A stretch of DNA of 62,946 nucleotides, counting the filler, from Craspedostauros australis (lineage: Eukaryota): the NCBI GenBank assembly GCA_030167865.1. It is 13 parts of 13 records of this genome, joined end to end, with 100 filler letters (N's around TTAATTAATTAA, not from the genome) between each part and the next. Parts side by side here need not be neighbours in the genome. Positions count along the whole stretch, not along the records: positions 1 to 12,927 come from JALAGF010001571.1; positions 13,028 to 42,986 come from JALAGF010001573.1; 11 more parts are not named here. The stretch is one strand, 5' to 3'. Shown in pieces: positions 10,932 through 21,792 of this stretch (position 1 is the stretch's first letter; every line of letters starts with the position of its first letter). The position numbers were made by a program, and so were the translations under genes. The notes under the pieces were generated by a model that was given only the letters and a program-made list of their open reading frames with translations, had not been told where the DNA came from and ran no database searches.

Positions 10932-11984
10932 TTACTCCTCCATTACGCTATTCAGTTCCTCCAATAGTCTCTCACGCAATCTCATCCGAGTCAGCTTTCG
11001 TTCAACTACTGGAACGGGGTCGAAGAGAGGAGAACCTCCAACTAGCTCAATTTGCGTAATGGTGGCAACAGAGGCAAAGGCAAGAACGTGTTTGTCAGGA
11101 TCGTGTCGCCACACATTTCTCAGGCAGGCCCAGTGCTTGATGCGTCGGTTAACAGTTTCGTGTCTCGCACGGAGTATTTTGTCAGTGATGTACTTGGGAC
11201 CCAAAACGCGTTCATCCCCAACGTAACCTTTGTCAGCAACAACAACTTCGCCGTTGGTCAACTGGTTCTTTAAACCAAACCGAAAGATGCTGAGGTCATT
11301 CCACATGCCACAAGGAAAGGGTCCATTGGTCCACACAATGTCACCACCAGTAATTGACAGGGCGATCTCATACCGAACGCCTGGGCCCGAGAATTTTGGC
11401 GAAAACCATCCCTCTGTGAATGGTTGGGGCTCTTGAATTCGCATGTCAACTCTGTCAACAGTGACAAGCGCTTTGTCCTCTGGCGACGCTTCACGAAACC
11501 GATTGGGCCAGTGAATCTGCAACAATGAGGAAGCAATTGGCGTTCTGTTAGTGGTTCGCTTATGGAAGTGAATGGAACATGAAAGAAACATTTCAGATCG
11601 CATTCCACGACTTACCACATTGTGCTTGACTTGGGCTATGATGTCCAACACGATCCAGACCCATTTGCGGAGAGTGGTGCGATTTGTCCTCAACCACAAT
11701 GACAAAATGGTTTCCGTGGCGTACTGTTTTAGAAACGCTGCAGCCCACATCAGGTGCTTTGGGCATAAGTCATGCCGAAGTAGGCCTGCTTCTCCAATTT
11801 CATTCCACAGCATGTGTATCACTGTCCCTGAAGCGCCAAAAAACGAGTGGAAGATTCGTTGTTTGTCCGTTGCGTTGGCATGTCGTTGGATGTCATCAAA
11901 CCCGGTGTTGATGCCAATAATGGACCAGCCCAACCAGTCGAAGGTTCCAACTGGGAGTGCATACGGAGGGAGTGGATCTGCCAT
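10932..11984 (-). mobile_element. DDE transposase/nuclease, PIF-Harbinger/IS5-like (DDE_Tnp_4-type), with a probable 99-nt intron (11517-11615)
   Basis: Motifs VTVDRVDMRIQEP (D1), VADKGY (D2), RARHETVNRRIK (E); N-terminal HLMWAAAFLKQYATE...TTLRKWVW; GTAAGT donor at 11615 and TTGCAG acceptor at 11517. TIRs not identified. Confidence 0.82.
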
Positions 11985-12927
11985 GGCTCCAAATGTCCGT
12001 TTTGTTTTTTGTGACAGTTTGATGGTCCCAACCAATCCTCTTGGATGGATACACATTGGCGAAGGTGTGAGAGGTCAACAACTAGTACAACTTCAAGCCT
12101 TGCACATCAACCGTGACAGCGATACCGTCGATGCGCCATTGCAAAGGCTGCACTGAAGCGGCTGTGATGTGGTGTCATTGAACTTGTGTTGTGAACCTGA
12201 GCCTGTTTTAAGATTCTTTATTTCCTTTCTTCTGTTGACGTCAGCGTGGACAACCCACTGCATACTGTAGTCGTGACGCCACCCCCGGCAGCCGCCACGT
12301 CTGTGCTGGATGCCATTGCTATGTTCTAGTGCAAATCATTAGCTGTTCTTCGTGTCAACACAAGCAATGGGTCCGCCATTCGAAGTCTCGCGTTAGATGG
12401 CGGAGACGGCGAGCTTCACATCTGATTGGAAGGTGCCATCTTGCTTTGCATCAACGGCAACATCGCTCGCATTCAGGAAGGATTCCATAACGACAGGGGT
12501 CCGTCAAGGAACGCCAACTGGCATAGTCACTTGTTTTTGGAATGTGTACGTTGGTCATGGTAGATGTTTGTACCAGCAGGCCATCTCTCGCAGGCGTACA
12601 CCACAGTGGATCCAGCACATGCACATGTAGTAGTACACTCAGGATTGCAATTTTCTAGTAAAGCTAGTTGTTTTGGCAAGGTACCTCGTCGTTGCGGGAT
12701 CCAAAGTGACACTGCGTTGTTACAATCAGTATGCTATGGCATGATTCCTATGGGCGCAACAGCGATGATGCGTGAGACAAGACCATCAGTAGTGGCATGT
12801 TATCACGGTCCCCATTCTGTAATCATGGATTCACGCGTCTGCGCCACATGCCCCTCTTTGGCGACGAGACACGCAGAGTCTCCATCGCGTCATCACAATC
12901 TCACTCGTATTTCCATGTGATGGTGTC

Positions 12928-13027
12928 NNNNNNNNNNNNNNNNNNNNNNNNNNNNNNNNNNNNNNNNNNNNTTAATTAATTAANNNNNNNNNNNNNNNNN
13001 NNNNNNNNNNNNNNNNNNNNNNNNNNN
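12928..13027. other. Artificial contig linker (N44-TTAATTAATTAA-N44); the same linker is at 42987-43086, 44890-44989, 46736-46835, 48375-48474, 50640-50739, 53042-53141, 55042-55141, 56332-56431, 57493-57592, 58598-58697 and 60154-60253
   Basis: Identical 100-bp spacer with stops in all six frames; adjacency across linkers is not biological. Confidence 0.98.
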
Positions 13028-15070
13028 GTGAAGCTTACAAGCATATTCGACATCGCAATCACTCTCTATCGCTCCATGCACCCCTCGTTCGGAATGCTAG
13101 TTTCATCATCACTAGCATCTCATAAAAACTATCATCAGCACGACAAGGACGACTCAACATTGCTGCAAATGAAGAGAAATGATTGGTCGTTGGTTTCGTT
13201 TCAACACGTGGAAGGTTGGATTGCCGGGACTGCAATGTGAAACTCAATTGTGTTTTTGGCTCCTAAAACGCAATCGAGTTTCACTTTCCGAGGGGGAAGT
13301 TCGCATGTTGCCCCTCTAAAAATGTCATTATCAGGTTATTTTGTACCGTGGGACTCGCAATGTGAAATGCGATAGGCCTCTATTCTGTCTGTTCGTGCTG
13401 AACATTGGAGAAGGTATTCGTCGGCATGGTGGGTAAGGCACGAATAGATCGTATTTTACCTCATAGCATGGTAGAAGCTTCGATCGTGTCTTTGGCGCTC
13501 CATTACCATGCACAGCTGGAAGAACAACAATCTGAGGCGGCACCACTGATCTGCCATCGTTCCGAAGATGGGAGTGGTACCATGGATGCTCATGGATGCA
13601 TGGACTTGACTGGATGACGAAGTCGTGTTCGAACAGTACTCACCCATGGGCTGTCGCTTTTTCAAACTGCTGGCATTCGCCGATCGAGAACAGTGCCACA
13701 TTGCCGAGGCGATGATGCGCTACTCCCATTTCATGATACACAATTGCTTGTTTGCTTGTACGTTACGTACTTTGAGCCCTGTTCCCCACTGAGCAAGAAG
13801 TCGCTTGGGTGTTGCACTCCAACGCGAACAGACGCAACACCAAGACCGCAGTTGGGGGACATCTCCAATCCAACCCGCGCGGACGACAGAATTTCTGAAT
13901 GGAGATGTGCGGAACGACATCGCGCGAACGCTGTGCCGTCCAAATGCTCGCACTCTCCAACAGCAAAGCAACAGGTGACAGGAAGTAGAATCATGGAGTG
14001 GGCGCAGCGACTGGCAACTGTCATCACGCAAGTACCCAAGAGAGAGCCAAAATGCTGTGCCGAGGTACACTAGACTCAAGAGTACACTAGACTCAAGATT
14101 ACACTTCACTGCCTCGTTGCTGTGCATATCTGCCCAACATGAATGATGCTGGCCATGGTACTGCAGCTGTACTGTATCGGCGAGCGTGGATGGTTTCTGA
14201 ATCCGCTCTACGCCGTTTCCGTCTACCAGAATCTGTGTCGCCCAATACGACTACAAATACCGTGACCACGAGGACTTCACCAACCACTGCACATACTCGT
14301 ACAAACGCACATAGTACTCCTCCTTCACGTGACACGCAGCTCAAGTTGCGCACACAAGCCCTCCCTTAGATGAGTTCCTTGCATGCGACTGCTCCAAAGC
14401 AGCACGATTGACGATAAAAGGGCCCTCTTCACAAACTTCGATGCACTTGACGAAGATGCGGTAGTGCAACTCCTTCTCGCAAGGGCGGAGGGGTGCGTGT
14501 CTCTCCCCTTGCATACGTTGATCGTGGTCCCGTCCTTTGTCCAAGGCCAAACGTAATTCTTCGCTTCCACCCACGCCTTCGATCAGTAGCTCACAGACAG
14601 CGAACCCTCTATTCGCAGGGAAGGGAACAAAGAGAGCAAACTGTGACGAAGGGCCTGATCTGGAACAGAGAAATGTGGAAGGCATTCTTTGGATCTGTTG
14701 AGGAATCGTGTTCTTGTTCCACGGAAGGTGACGTGGCGCGAAACGGCTCGACGACATTTCTTCAACTTTGGACTCCTTCGACCACGATTCAACAAATCGA
14801 GAGAAGCGCTTTGGATTGGCCGCGACCACCACGATCGTGGACCCGATGGTCACGGCGAGTCTCTGGCTCCGAACAGAGAGAGCCAGAGAGATCTTTCGAT
14901 CAAGGATCGTGGCGGCGGTTCCAACAGCCTCCACCATGGCAACAGAAGCAGGAGCTGAGAAGAACCACCTGAGCGGAGACGCACCTGGCTCGTCCGAGTG
15001 GTTGATCATCGTGGTGGCTTTCATGGTAGGAAAGAGACTGAAGTGAAGCGAAGCAAAGTGGAGTGAAGCA

Positions 15071-16250
15071 ATGACGGACGAATCCAAGCCCAACCATGGT
15101 GATGCCGATGATGGAGGCAATGAGATCGCGGCGATGCACGCCAAGACGCAGGCTCAGATGGAGGCAATCGAGAAGGAGATCAAGGAGACGCAGCCACTGA
15201 CGTCGGTTCCGATGCCCATCGCGTCTCTGCGGAAGCGCTACGAGACGGACGGGTCATCCAAGTTCTTTCTGCTGGGCATCGATGAGTTGGATCGATCGTA
15301 TCAGCATGTTCGCACGGTGCGAGGTGATGGCAACTGCTACTACCGCGCATTCCTCTTCGGTCTGTGCGAGCATCTCATGAACCCGGCCAATGCCGATGAA
15401 TTGGATCGCGTGGCAAAGTATGGTGAGCTACGAGAATGGATGTGGAGAAGATGGAATGTGCAGTCCTCGATGCCGTTGGACGAGAATGGGAGTGCAGGGT
15501 CATTTTCTTCCACACCAGCCGTGCACTGGGAGAGAAGAACTGACAGGATCTTCGTGTCGACCGCCCATCATCAAAGCGAAGACTGCGACGATGAAGAGTG
15601 AGGGGCAATTCCATTTGCTCATCTTCGCAAGCGAGTACTCGTGCTTGCTCTGATCCACTCGACGGTGCTTGCCATTGCCCTCGTGCGTACCAGCGATATG
15701 CTCACCCACACCGCTCATACTCACCATTTGTTTTCTCGCATTCTCCGCAAGCGCAGCCAAGGAATCCAACCAATTCGTGATGAACGTGGGCGGATACGAC
15801 GAGTACGCCATCGACATGTTCCACGAGGCGTTGGTGGAATTGCTCGAATCCATACAGCAAAACAAGCTGTCCACGACGCAGCAGCTGGAGATCGAGCTGA
15901 ACAAGGAGAATGACTCCAGCGAGTACTGCACATGGTACATGAGGGTGCTCACGGCGTCGTATCTCAAGAGCGATCCCAATCGGTTTTTGCCCTACATGGA
16001 AGGTGGTTACGTCGACGTCGCGGCGTTTTGCAGGGCCCAGGTCGAGCCGATGGGGAAGGAATGCGCCATGGTGCAAGTTCTGGCGTTGGCCGAAGCATTT
16101 GGCGTCACCGTGCGCGTGGAGTATTTGGACGGACATGAATTCAAGGGTGGCAAGCTGGTGCAGCATGTCTTCGGTCCGGAGGACAGCAAGCTCCAGCTCT
16201 CCGTGCTGTACAGACCTGGCCACTATGACATTCTGTATCCGAAGACGTGA
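15071..16250 (+). CDS. OTUB1: Otubain-like deubiquitinase (peptidase C65); exons 15071-15422 and 15757-16250
   Basis: Catalytic RTVRGDGNCYYRAF and LYRPGHYDILY motifs; GTGAG donor at 15423 and CAG acceptor at 15756 join in frame (KY-AKES). Confidence 0.93.
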
Positions 16251-16515
16251 AGCAAAATGAAGTGAAGTGAAGCTGAGCTCATTGAAACTGTTGCGGGGAC
16301 ACACCCAGTGTGCCACACACACACACACAAACAATAATACCAAATGGACGAACATGAATGCTATTATTATACGATGTAATAATAGAGTGATCTACTCCAC
16401 TCAGCTCTCATCTACTTCAGATTTGATGACATTCAATAACATGGTTCTAATATCTTCTTGACATTCCTAGAAATCAAACTCCAAATGCTCCTGTTCTTCT
16501 CCACCCCCTTCGAGA

Positions 16516-19500
16516 TCAAAGGAATGTTCTTCGCAAGCTGTCGTAATCATTGGAGAAGAGATCTGCGGCCCTTTCGGCCAAGGTCTCGCCTGCGTGGGCT
16601 GCCGCTGCAGCTGCTGCTGTGGCCGCGGCAATTGCATCGGCATTCGGTGGTTCCATGGCGTTCGACGCGGTGGGCAATCTGCGACGCATCAAATTCCTTG
16701 GCGCTTGGTGGTGGTGGTGTTGTTGATGGTGGTGCTGCGGCTGATGAAGGTGTTGCATGAAATCCCTGTGCTGGAACACCGTGTTGGCGATCTGCTGGGG
16801 GAATGCAGGGAGAGGTTCCGTCATTTCGACGGTCTGATCCACAGCGTTCGTGTTGGCGGGCGGAGGTGGCTTGGGTTGCTTCCTCAGCTTGTAACTCGCA
16901 TCCCACACGAAGCCGATCTGCTCAAGCTGCGCGACTCGGTCTGGGCTGAGGCTCGTCTTGTTGCCGGAACGGAGCTTCTTGTAGTTCTTGCGTTGCGCTT
17001 GCACCCACTTTCCAAGATTGTTGTAGCCGACGAAGTGCTGCGGAACGACGGTGTCTCCGTGTTCAGCCTTGTATCGCAGCAGCTGCTGGAACCGCTCGTC
17101 CCATGACTTGCGGCCGTTCTGCGGGCCGAGGCGCTTGCCCACGTTGAACTCAAACTCGATGGCCTCCAACGCGGCCAAGCGGTCATCCTTCATGGTGTTG
17201 GGTCGTCCCATCGTGCGCTTGCCGTACTCCGTTCGGCATGACGACACGAAGGCTCCCAGCGCACCCTCCATCACTGGAACTCGTGTGTGCCCATGCTTTG
17301 CCTTGTACTCCTTGAGCTGCTCCAGGCGGTCATTGAAGCTCCAGTAGTTGGGCTTTTGGCGGAACATGAAACCGACGTCGTACAGCTTCTGCAAACGGAG
17401 CGCGGTCAATCGTGTCGGCTTCCCAGCCTGCAGACGGCGGTACTGGACTCGCTGCAGACGTACCCACTTCTTGAAATCATCGAGCGGCGGGTTCGTGTTC
17501 ACGAGGCAGTCGCCATGCTCCTCGCTGTAGGCCTTGAGACGCGCAAACTGCTCATCCCAAGTATGCTCATCGACGAGGTCATCGACGGGATCGTACGACT
17601 TGCCCGCCTCGAATCCCAATGCCTTGAGCTGATCCACCTGATCCTTGGTGATGCGGCATCCCTTTCCGGCATCGAATCGTTGGATCTGTGTCTTGACCTT
17701 CTTGGCCCATTTGGACAGCTCGTGGCCCTTGTTGAAGACCTTGCCACCCGTTTTATCCATGTGCTCCTTGAGCTGCTTCACGCGATCCTCGAACGTGACG
17801 TGAACGAGCGGGAACCCGATGGCCAGCAGGCGCTGCCGCTTCTCCTCGGACATCGTCGATAGTTGCCCGTCTTTGAGGTACCTGAATTGGGCCCGCTGCT
17901 CGATGGAGAACCGTCGGATGTCTTGCAACGAAGGATCCTCGTCTGCCATGGCCTTCGTGATTTCGAAATCTCCATCGTTGGCCTCGCCGTACTCTTTCAG
18001 CTTCTTATACGATGCCTCCCAACGGGCTCCAGGCTTGCGGTACATGCGCTTGTCGACATTTAAGTCAAAGCCGATCTCCGTTAGCATGCGCTCCTTGTCC
18101 GCGCAGAAGGTGCCCTTGGAGTTGGTGTTGTTAATGCGCCCAGCCGCTTGCCATTCACGGTAGAACCTTCGTTGGTTGTCCGCCCATACCTTGAGCTGCT
18201 TGTACGACTCTATCGGGATGAACTCATCGTCATCGTCATCGTTGTCATCGTCCTTGTTCTTCTCCTTGTCATTGTCGGTTGGTTCCGTCTCCATGGCATC
18301 ATCGTTCTTTGCGTCACCACTGCCGCCAACGAGGCCGGTGCCAGTCTCACGAGGCTGGGTTTCCGGTTCTTCATCGGCACCATTGCCATTCGCTGCGGCA
18401 CCAGTTGCGGTCGGTGCTGGATTGCTTGCCTGGACGCGACGACGCTTAATGGGTTTGGTCAAGCCATTGATGGCGAGGTATACGTTGGTGTGACCATACT
18501 TTTCCTTGAAGTCTCTCATCTTGCCCATCATTTGCTGCCATCGGCTGTGGACCTTGCGTGAAGACTGAATGGAGTGCATGGCCCTCTTGAATTCTCGCTT
18601 GTGACGTTGGCGGTCTACGGCTGCTACGCTATTGGCGTTGATCGCATCCAAGAAAGACTGGCACTTGGCATACCTCTCGATAGCCTTGACTGTGGGATCG
18701 TCGTTGATATCACTTGGCCCGGTCTTCACGAGTTTGGCATCGAAGGTATCCTCGTCACTGTCCTCGTCGGAGCTGGAATCATTGTCGTTGCCGTCGTTTT
18801 TGCCACCGGCTGCGTTCTCCTTGGGTCTGGCAAGACCACGGCCCTCGCCAAAGATGTCCTTGGACAAGGAACCATCCTTGTCGATGGTCCTCACGGACGT
18901 CTCGGCCGTGCGCGCCACCACTCGCGCGACCTTGATTTCGCTTGGGGTGACCGTCCAGCTGAAGCCAAGCTGTTCCAAGCGCGTGACCTTCATGCTTGTC
19001 GGAAGGTCAGAGCCATTGTGGCTGGATGAACTGCTTCTGCGCCCTCTACGTTCCAGGTTGAAGCTGTCATCGCTGTACTCGCTTTCACACCCTGAAGAGG
19101 TTGAGTTATCATCTGATTCGATGTGCTTCTTTTCCTTGTAGTTCACCTTTTTTCGATTGCGCCTGCTCCTTCGAACAGCGTTGGGGTCATCAGAGTCGTC
19201 ATCTGCTGCTCGCTTCTTGGAACCGGCCTTTCCGCCTTTCTTTCCGGTGCTCTTTCGGTGTGCGGTAAGGTACTTTTCTCTTATTTTCCGGATCCGCTGC
19301 TCTTTTATACGTTCCTTCGATTCCTTGTACTGGACGCGCTGCTCCGCTATCCAAATAACGAGAGGGACGTAGCTTTCTCCGAGGATGCGATCCTGCGACA
19401 AGATGGACTTGTCTGGTCGGATGAGAAGGTTGCCATGGCGCTTGTGAAATGTGAGAAGATCCGTGTACATATCCCACCACAACTTTGTCGGTGTGTCCTC

Positions 19501-21792
19501 CAAGGTCTCCAGCTTGGCCACGGCCTTGAGCTGTTCCACGGTGTAGTTGAGCTTGAACTGCTTCTGTTTCAGCGGTGGAGGCGGAAGGTGATGAATTGAC
19601 AGAGGCGCTGTGGATGCACGCGGTTGTGGAGTGGTTGGGCCTGTACCGGACGCGTTCTGCATCGTCGTCAACGTTCCGGCAGCGTTGATGGTGGCTGTGG
19701 ATGCTGCGGGTGCCTGCGTGGTGAGAAGCTTCGTTATCGGCGTGTTCTTCACGAGGTATGAATCAGCTTCGTCCAAGTACTTGAACTCCTTGAAGACGGA
19801 GAACGAATTCAGGAACTGGCGTGCGTTCTCCATGGAGAGGAAGATGCAATTCTCCAGTCCATCCTTCCCCTTCATGATGGCCACATATCGTGGTGGAGCA
19901 GGAGCTGGTGGTGTTTCTGGCGATTCTGTTGTTTTTGTTGCTGTGGCTGGAACTGCTTCCGCAGGTGCTGCTGTCGCTGTCGCTGTCGGTGCTGCTGCTG
20001 CTGCTGCTGTGTCCGCTTCAGCTGATGCTTCTGCTTCTGCTGCTGCGGCTGGCTCCTTGTCAATGTTAATCACCTCCAGCTGTGCCGTCAGTTTCGCACC
20101 TCCAGTTACATCTTGCAATGCAAGTTCAAGTTCGTGAGTCATGGGAATGCGCTTGAGTGTCGGCTTCTCCTTTTGCTGGTGCGACTCCACGCTGTCGTCG
20201 TCGTCGTCGTCGTCGTCGTCGTTGTCTATCACCACCACTTCCGTCTCATCCTGTTTGCCGGTCTTTGCATTTGCCTTCGCCTTCCCTTTTGCTTTGGGCT
20301 TGCCTGCCGCAGCAGTCGTCGCAGTGGCAGCGCCATGTTTGCCGGCGTTGTTAGCAATGTAGCCGGCGACTGGGGTAGAGTTGTGAGGGGGCGGCATGTA
20401 GGCTGTGGTGTTGTAGGCTGTGGTGTAGCCAGTGCTGTTGTAAACAGTGCCAGGAGGCACGTAACCGGCGTATGGAGAATTGGCGGATGGAGGAGGCATG
20501 TAAGCAGTGTGGTTGTAGGCAGTGTTGGCGGCCACATAGCTAGCGTACGGTGTCGCAGTTCCCGGAGGAGGTACGTAGCCGGCGGTGTTGTAGGATGTGC
20601 CAGGGGGTAGGTAACTGGTGTATGGGTTGGCGGGGTGCTTGGCTGCGGTAGCCTGGCGTTTTGCTTCGGTGTTGTGCTTGTTGACTTTGCGCTGAGTCGA
20701 AAACTTGCCATTGAGTCTGACGATGTTGCTGGCTTGATTTCTTGCACGTATTGTGGCGGCGGACTCTTGCGTAGTAGTGGTTTGTGCCGCTGACGGTGGT
20801 GCGGGCTTTGGCTGCCCAGTATTCGTTGCAACTGGGCGATGCGCCGCAGTGGTCGTGGTTAAGAGAGCTCTCACGATCGGAGTGGGTTGGTTCGATGCAG
20901 CTGTCTTCGTTGCTGGCGGTGCTGCCCTTGACTTTGCTGCTGCGGTGGCGGCGGTCGTCGCAATAGCTTGCACAATGGGAAGAGATTGTTTGGGTACAGT
21001 TGCCCCCTTCGACTGTGCCGCAGTTGTTGTTGCTTTTGTTGCTGTGGCTGTTGTGGCCGTTGCGATGGCTCTCACAATCGGAAGAGTCTGCTTCGCAGCT
21101 GTCGGCCTGGCTCCAGTCGGAGCCACCCTTGGCTGTTTCGCAGTCGTCACAGCAGTTGTAGTTTTTGCAATCGTCGCAGTTGTTGCACCGGCTTTCACAG
21201 TGGGAGTGGCCTCCTTCGCAGGAGCCGCAGTCGCTTTCGTTGCAGATGGAGCCGTCTTTGCCGGTGCCGCAATGGCCTTTGCAGCAACTGTCACCATTGG
21301 AGCAGTTTTTGCTTGCGCTTGTGTTGGTGGTGTCCGTTTTGGAGGAACTGGGGTTACCTTCGGTTGACCAGTGGCCGTCGCAACGGCTTTTGATGGCGTG
21401 GTCATCGCATTCGGTTGAACCGTGCTGGTTGGAGTGGGAGGGGTCGTCGCAGTTGCCTTCTTCGCGCTTGCGCCTGGTGTGACGGTGGCCGCAGCGGTCG
21501 CTTTCTCTGGAGTTGCCTTGGGCTGCGTTGGAGTCGTCGCAGCTGCCTTCTTGGCTCCAGGCGTCACGGCGGGTGCGATTTTTGGCGTGGCCGTCACGAG
21601 GGTCTTCGGAGCTGCTGTCCCCACAGCTGGTGATCCCATGACGATAGTCGTTGGGACTGGCACGGCGACCGCGAGGGCAACCGGGCCATCCGCAATGGAG
21701 GAACGCTTGGGCGCTGTGGATGGCTGACTGTGGGCTTGAGTGCTGCCCGAGGCTGTCGCAGGAGCGTTGTTGTTGGTCTGTGCTGTCGTCAT
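16516..21792 (-). CDS. Large helicase-associated (HA) repeat protein, ~1760 aa, with a low-complexity N-terminus, an RNase H1-N-like segment and 7 HA domains; no helicase core
   Basis: HA consensus W/F..RxxxLxxYKxxHG...LGxWVxxQR...RxxxLxxIGF occurs 7 times (e.g. WDERFQQLLRYKAEHGDTVVPQHFVGYNNLGKWVQAQR); first ATG at 21792. Confidence 0.88.
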   Translation of the reverse strand: MTTAQTNNNAPATASGSTQAHSQPSTAPKRSSIADGPVALAVAVPVPTTIVMGSPAVGTAAPKTLVTATPKIAPAVTPGAKKAAATTPTQPKATPEKATAAATVTPGASAKKATATTPPTPTSTVQPNAMTTPSKAVATATGQPKVTPVPPKRTPPTQAQAKTAPMVTVAAKAIAAPAKTAPSATKATAAPAKEATPTVKAGATTATIAKTTTAVTTAKQPRVAPTGARPTAAKQTLPIVRAIATATTATATKATTTAAQSKGATVPKQSLPIVQAIATTAATAAAKSRAAPPATKTAASNQPTPIVRALLTTTTAAHRPVATNTGQPKPAPPSAAQTTTTQESAATIRARNQASNIVRLNGKFSTQRKVNKHNTEAKRQATAAKHPANPYTSYLPPGTSYNTAGYVPPPGTATPYASYVAANTAYNHTAYMPPPSANSPYAGYVPPGTVYNSTGYTTAYNTTAYMPPPHNSTPVAGYIANNAGKHGAATATTAAAGKPKAKGKAKANAKTGKQDETEVVVIDNDDDDDDDDDSVESHQQKEKPTLKRIPMTHELELALQDVTGGAKLTAQLEVINIDKEPAAAAEAEASAEADTAAAAAAPTATATAAPAEAVPATATKTTESPETPPAPAPPRYVAIMKGKDGLENCIFLSMENARQFLNSFSVFKEFKYLDEADSYLVKNTPITKLLTTQAPAASTATINAAGTLTTMQNASGTGPTTPQPRASTAPLSIHHLPPPPLKQKQFKLNYTVEQLKAVAKLETLEDTPTKLWWDMYTDLLTFHKRHGNLLIRPDKSILSQDRILGESYVPLVIWIAEQRVQYKESKERIKEQRIRKIREKYLTAHRKSTGKKGGKAGSKKRAADDDSDDPNAVRRSRRNRKKVNYKEKKHIESDDNSTSSGCESEYSDDSFNLERRGRRSSSSSHNGSDLPTSMKVTRLEQLGFSWTVTPSEIKVARVVARTAETSVRTIDKDGSLSKDIFGEGRGLARPKENAAGGKNDGNDNDSSSDEDSDEDTFDAKLVKTGPSDINDDPTVKAIERYAKCQSFLDAINANSVAAVDRQRHKREFKRAMHSIQSSRKVHSRWQQMMGKMRDFKEKYGHTNVYLAINGLTKPIKRRRVQASNPAPTATGAAANGNGADEEPETQPRETGTGLVGGSGDAKNDDAMETEPTDNDKEKNKDDDNDDDDDEFIPIESYKQLKVWADNQRRFYREWQAAGRINNTNSKGTFCADKERMLTEIGFDLNVDKRMYRKPGARWEASYKKLKEYGEANDGDFEITKAMADEDPSLQDIRRFSIEQRAQFRYLKDGQLSTMSEEKRQRLLAIGFPLVHVTFEDRVKQLKEHMDKTGGKVFNKGHELSKWAKKVKTQIQRFDAGKGCRITKDQVDQLKALGFEAGKSYDPVDDLVDEHTWDEQFARLKAYSEEHGDCLVNTNPPLDDFKKWVRLQRVQYRRLQAGKPTRLTALRLQKLYDVGFMFRQKPNYWSFNDRLEQLKEYKAKHGHTRVPVMEGALGAFVSSCRTEYGKRTMGRPNTMKDDRLAALEAIEFEFNVGKRLGPQNGRKSWDERFQQLLRYKAEHGDTVVPQHFVGYNNLGKWVQAQRKNYKKLRSGNKTSLSPDRVAQLEQIGFVWDASYKLRKQPKPPPPANTNAVDQTVEMTEPLPAFPQQIANTVFQHRDFMQHLHQPQHHHQQHHHHQAPRNLMRRRLPTASNAMEPPNADAIAAATAAAAAAAHAGETLAERAADLFSNDYDSLRRTFL

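Noticed and set aside
12972..12983. TTAATTAATTAA as a piggyBac TTAA target or regulatory motif
   Set aside because: It is always centred in N runs of identical length, so it is an artificial linker.
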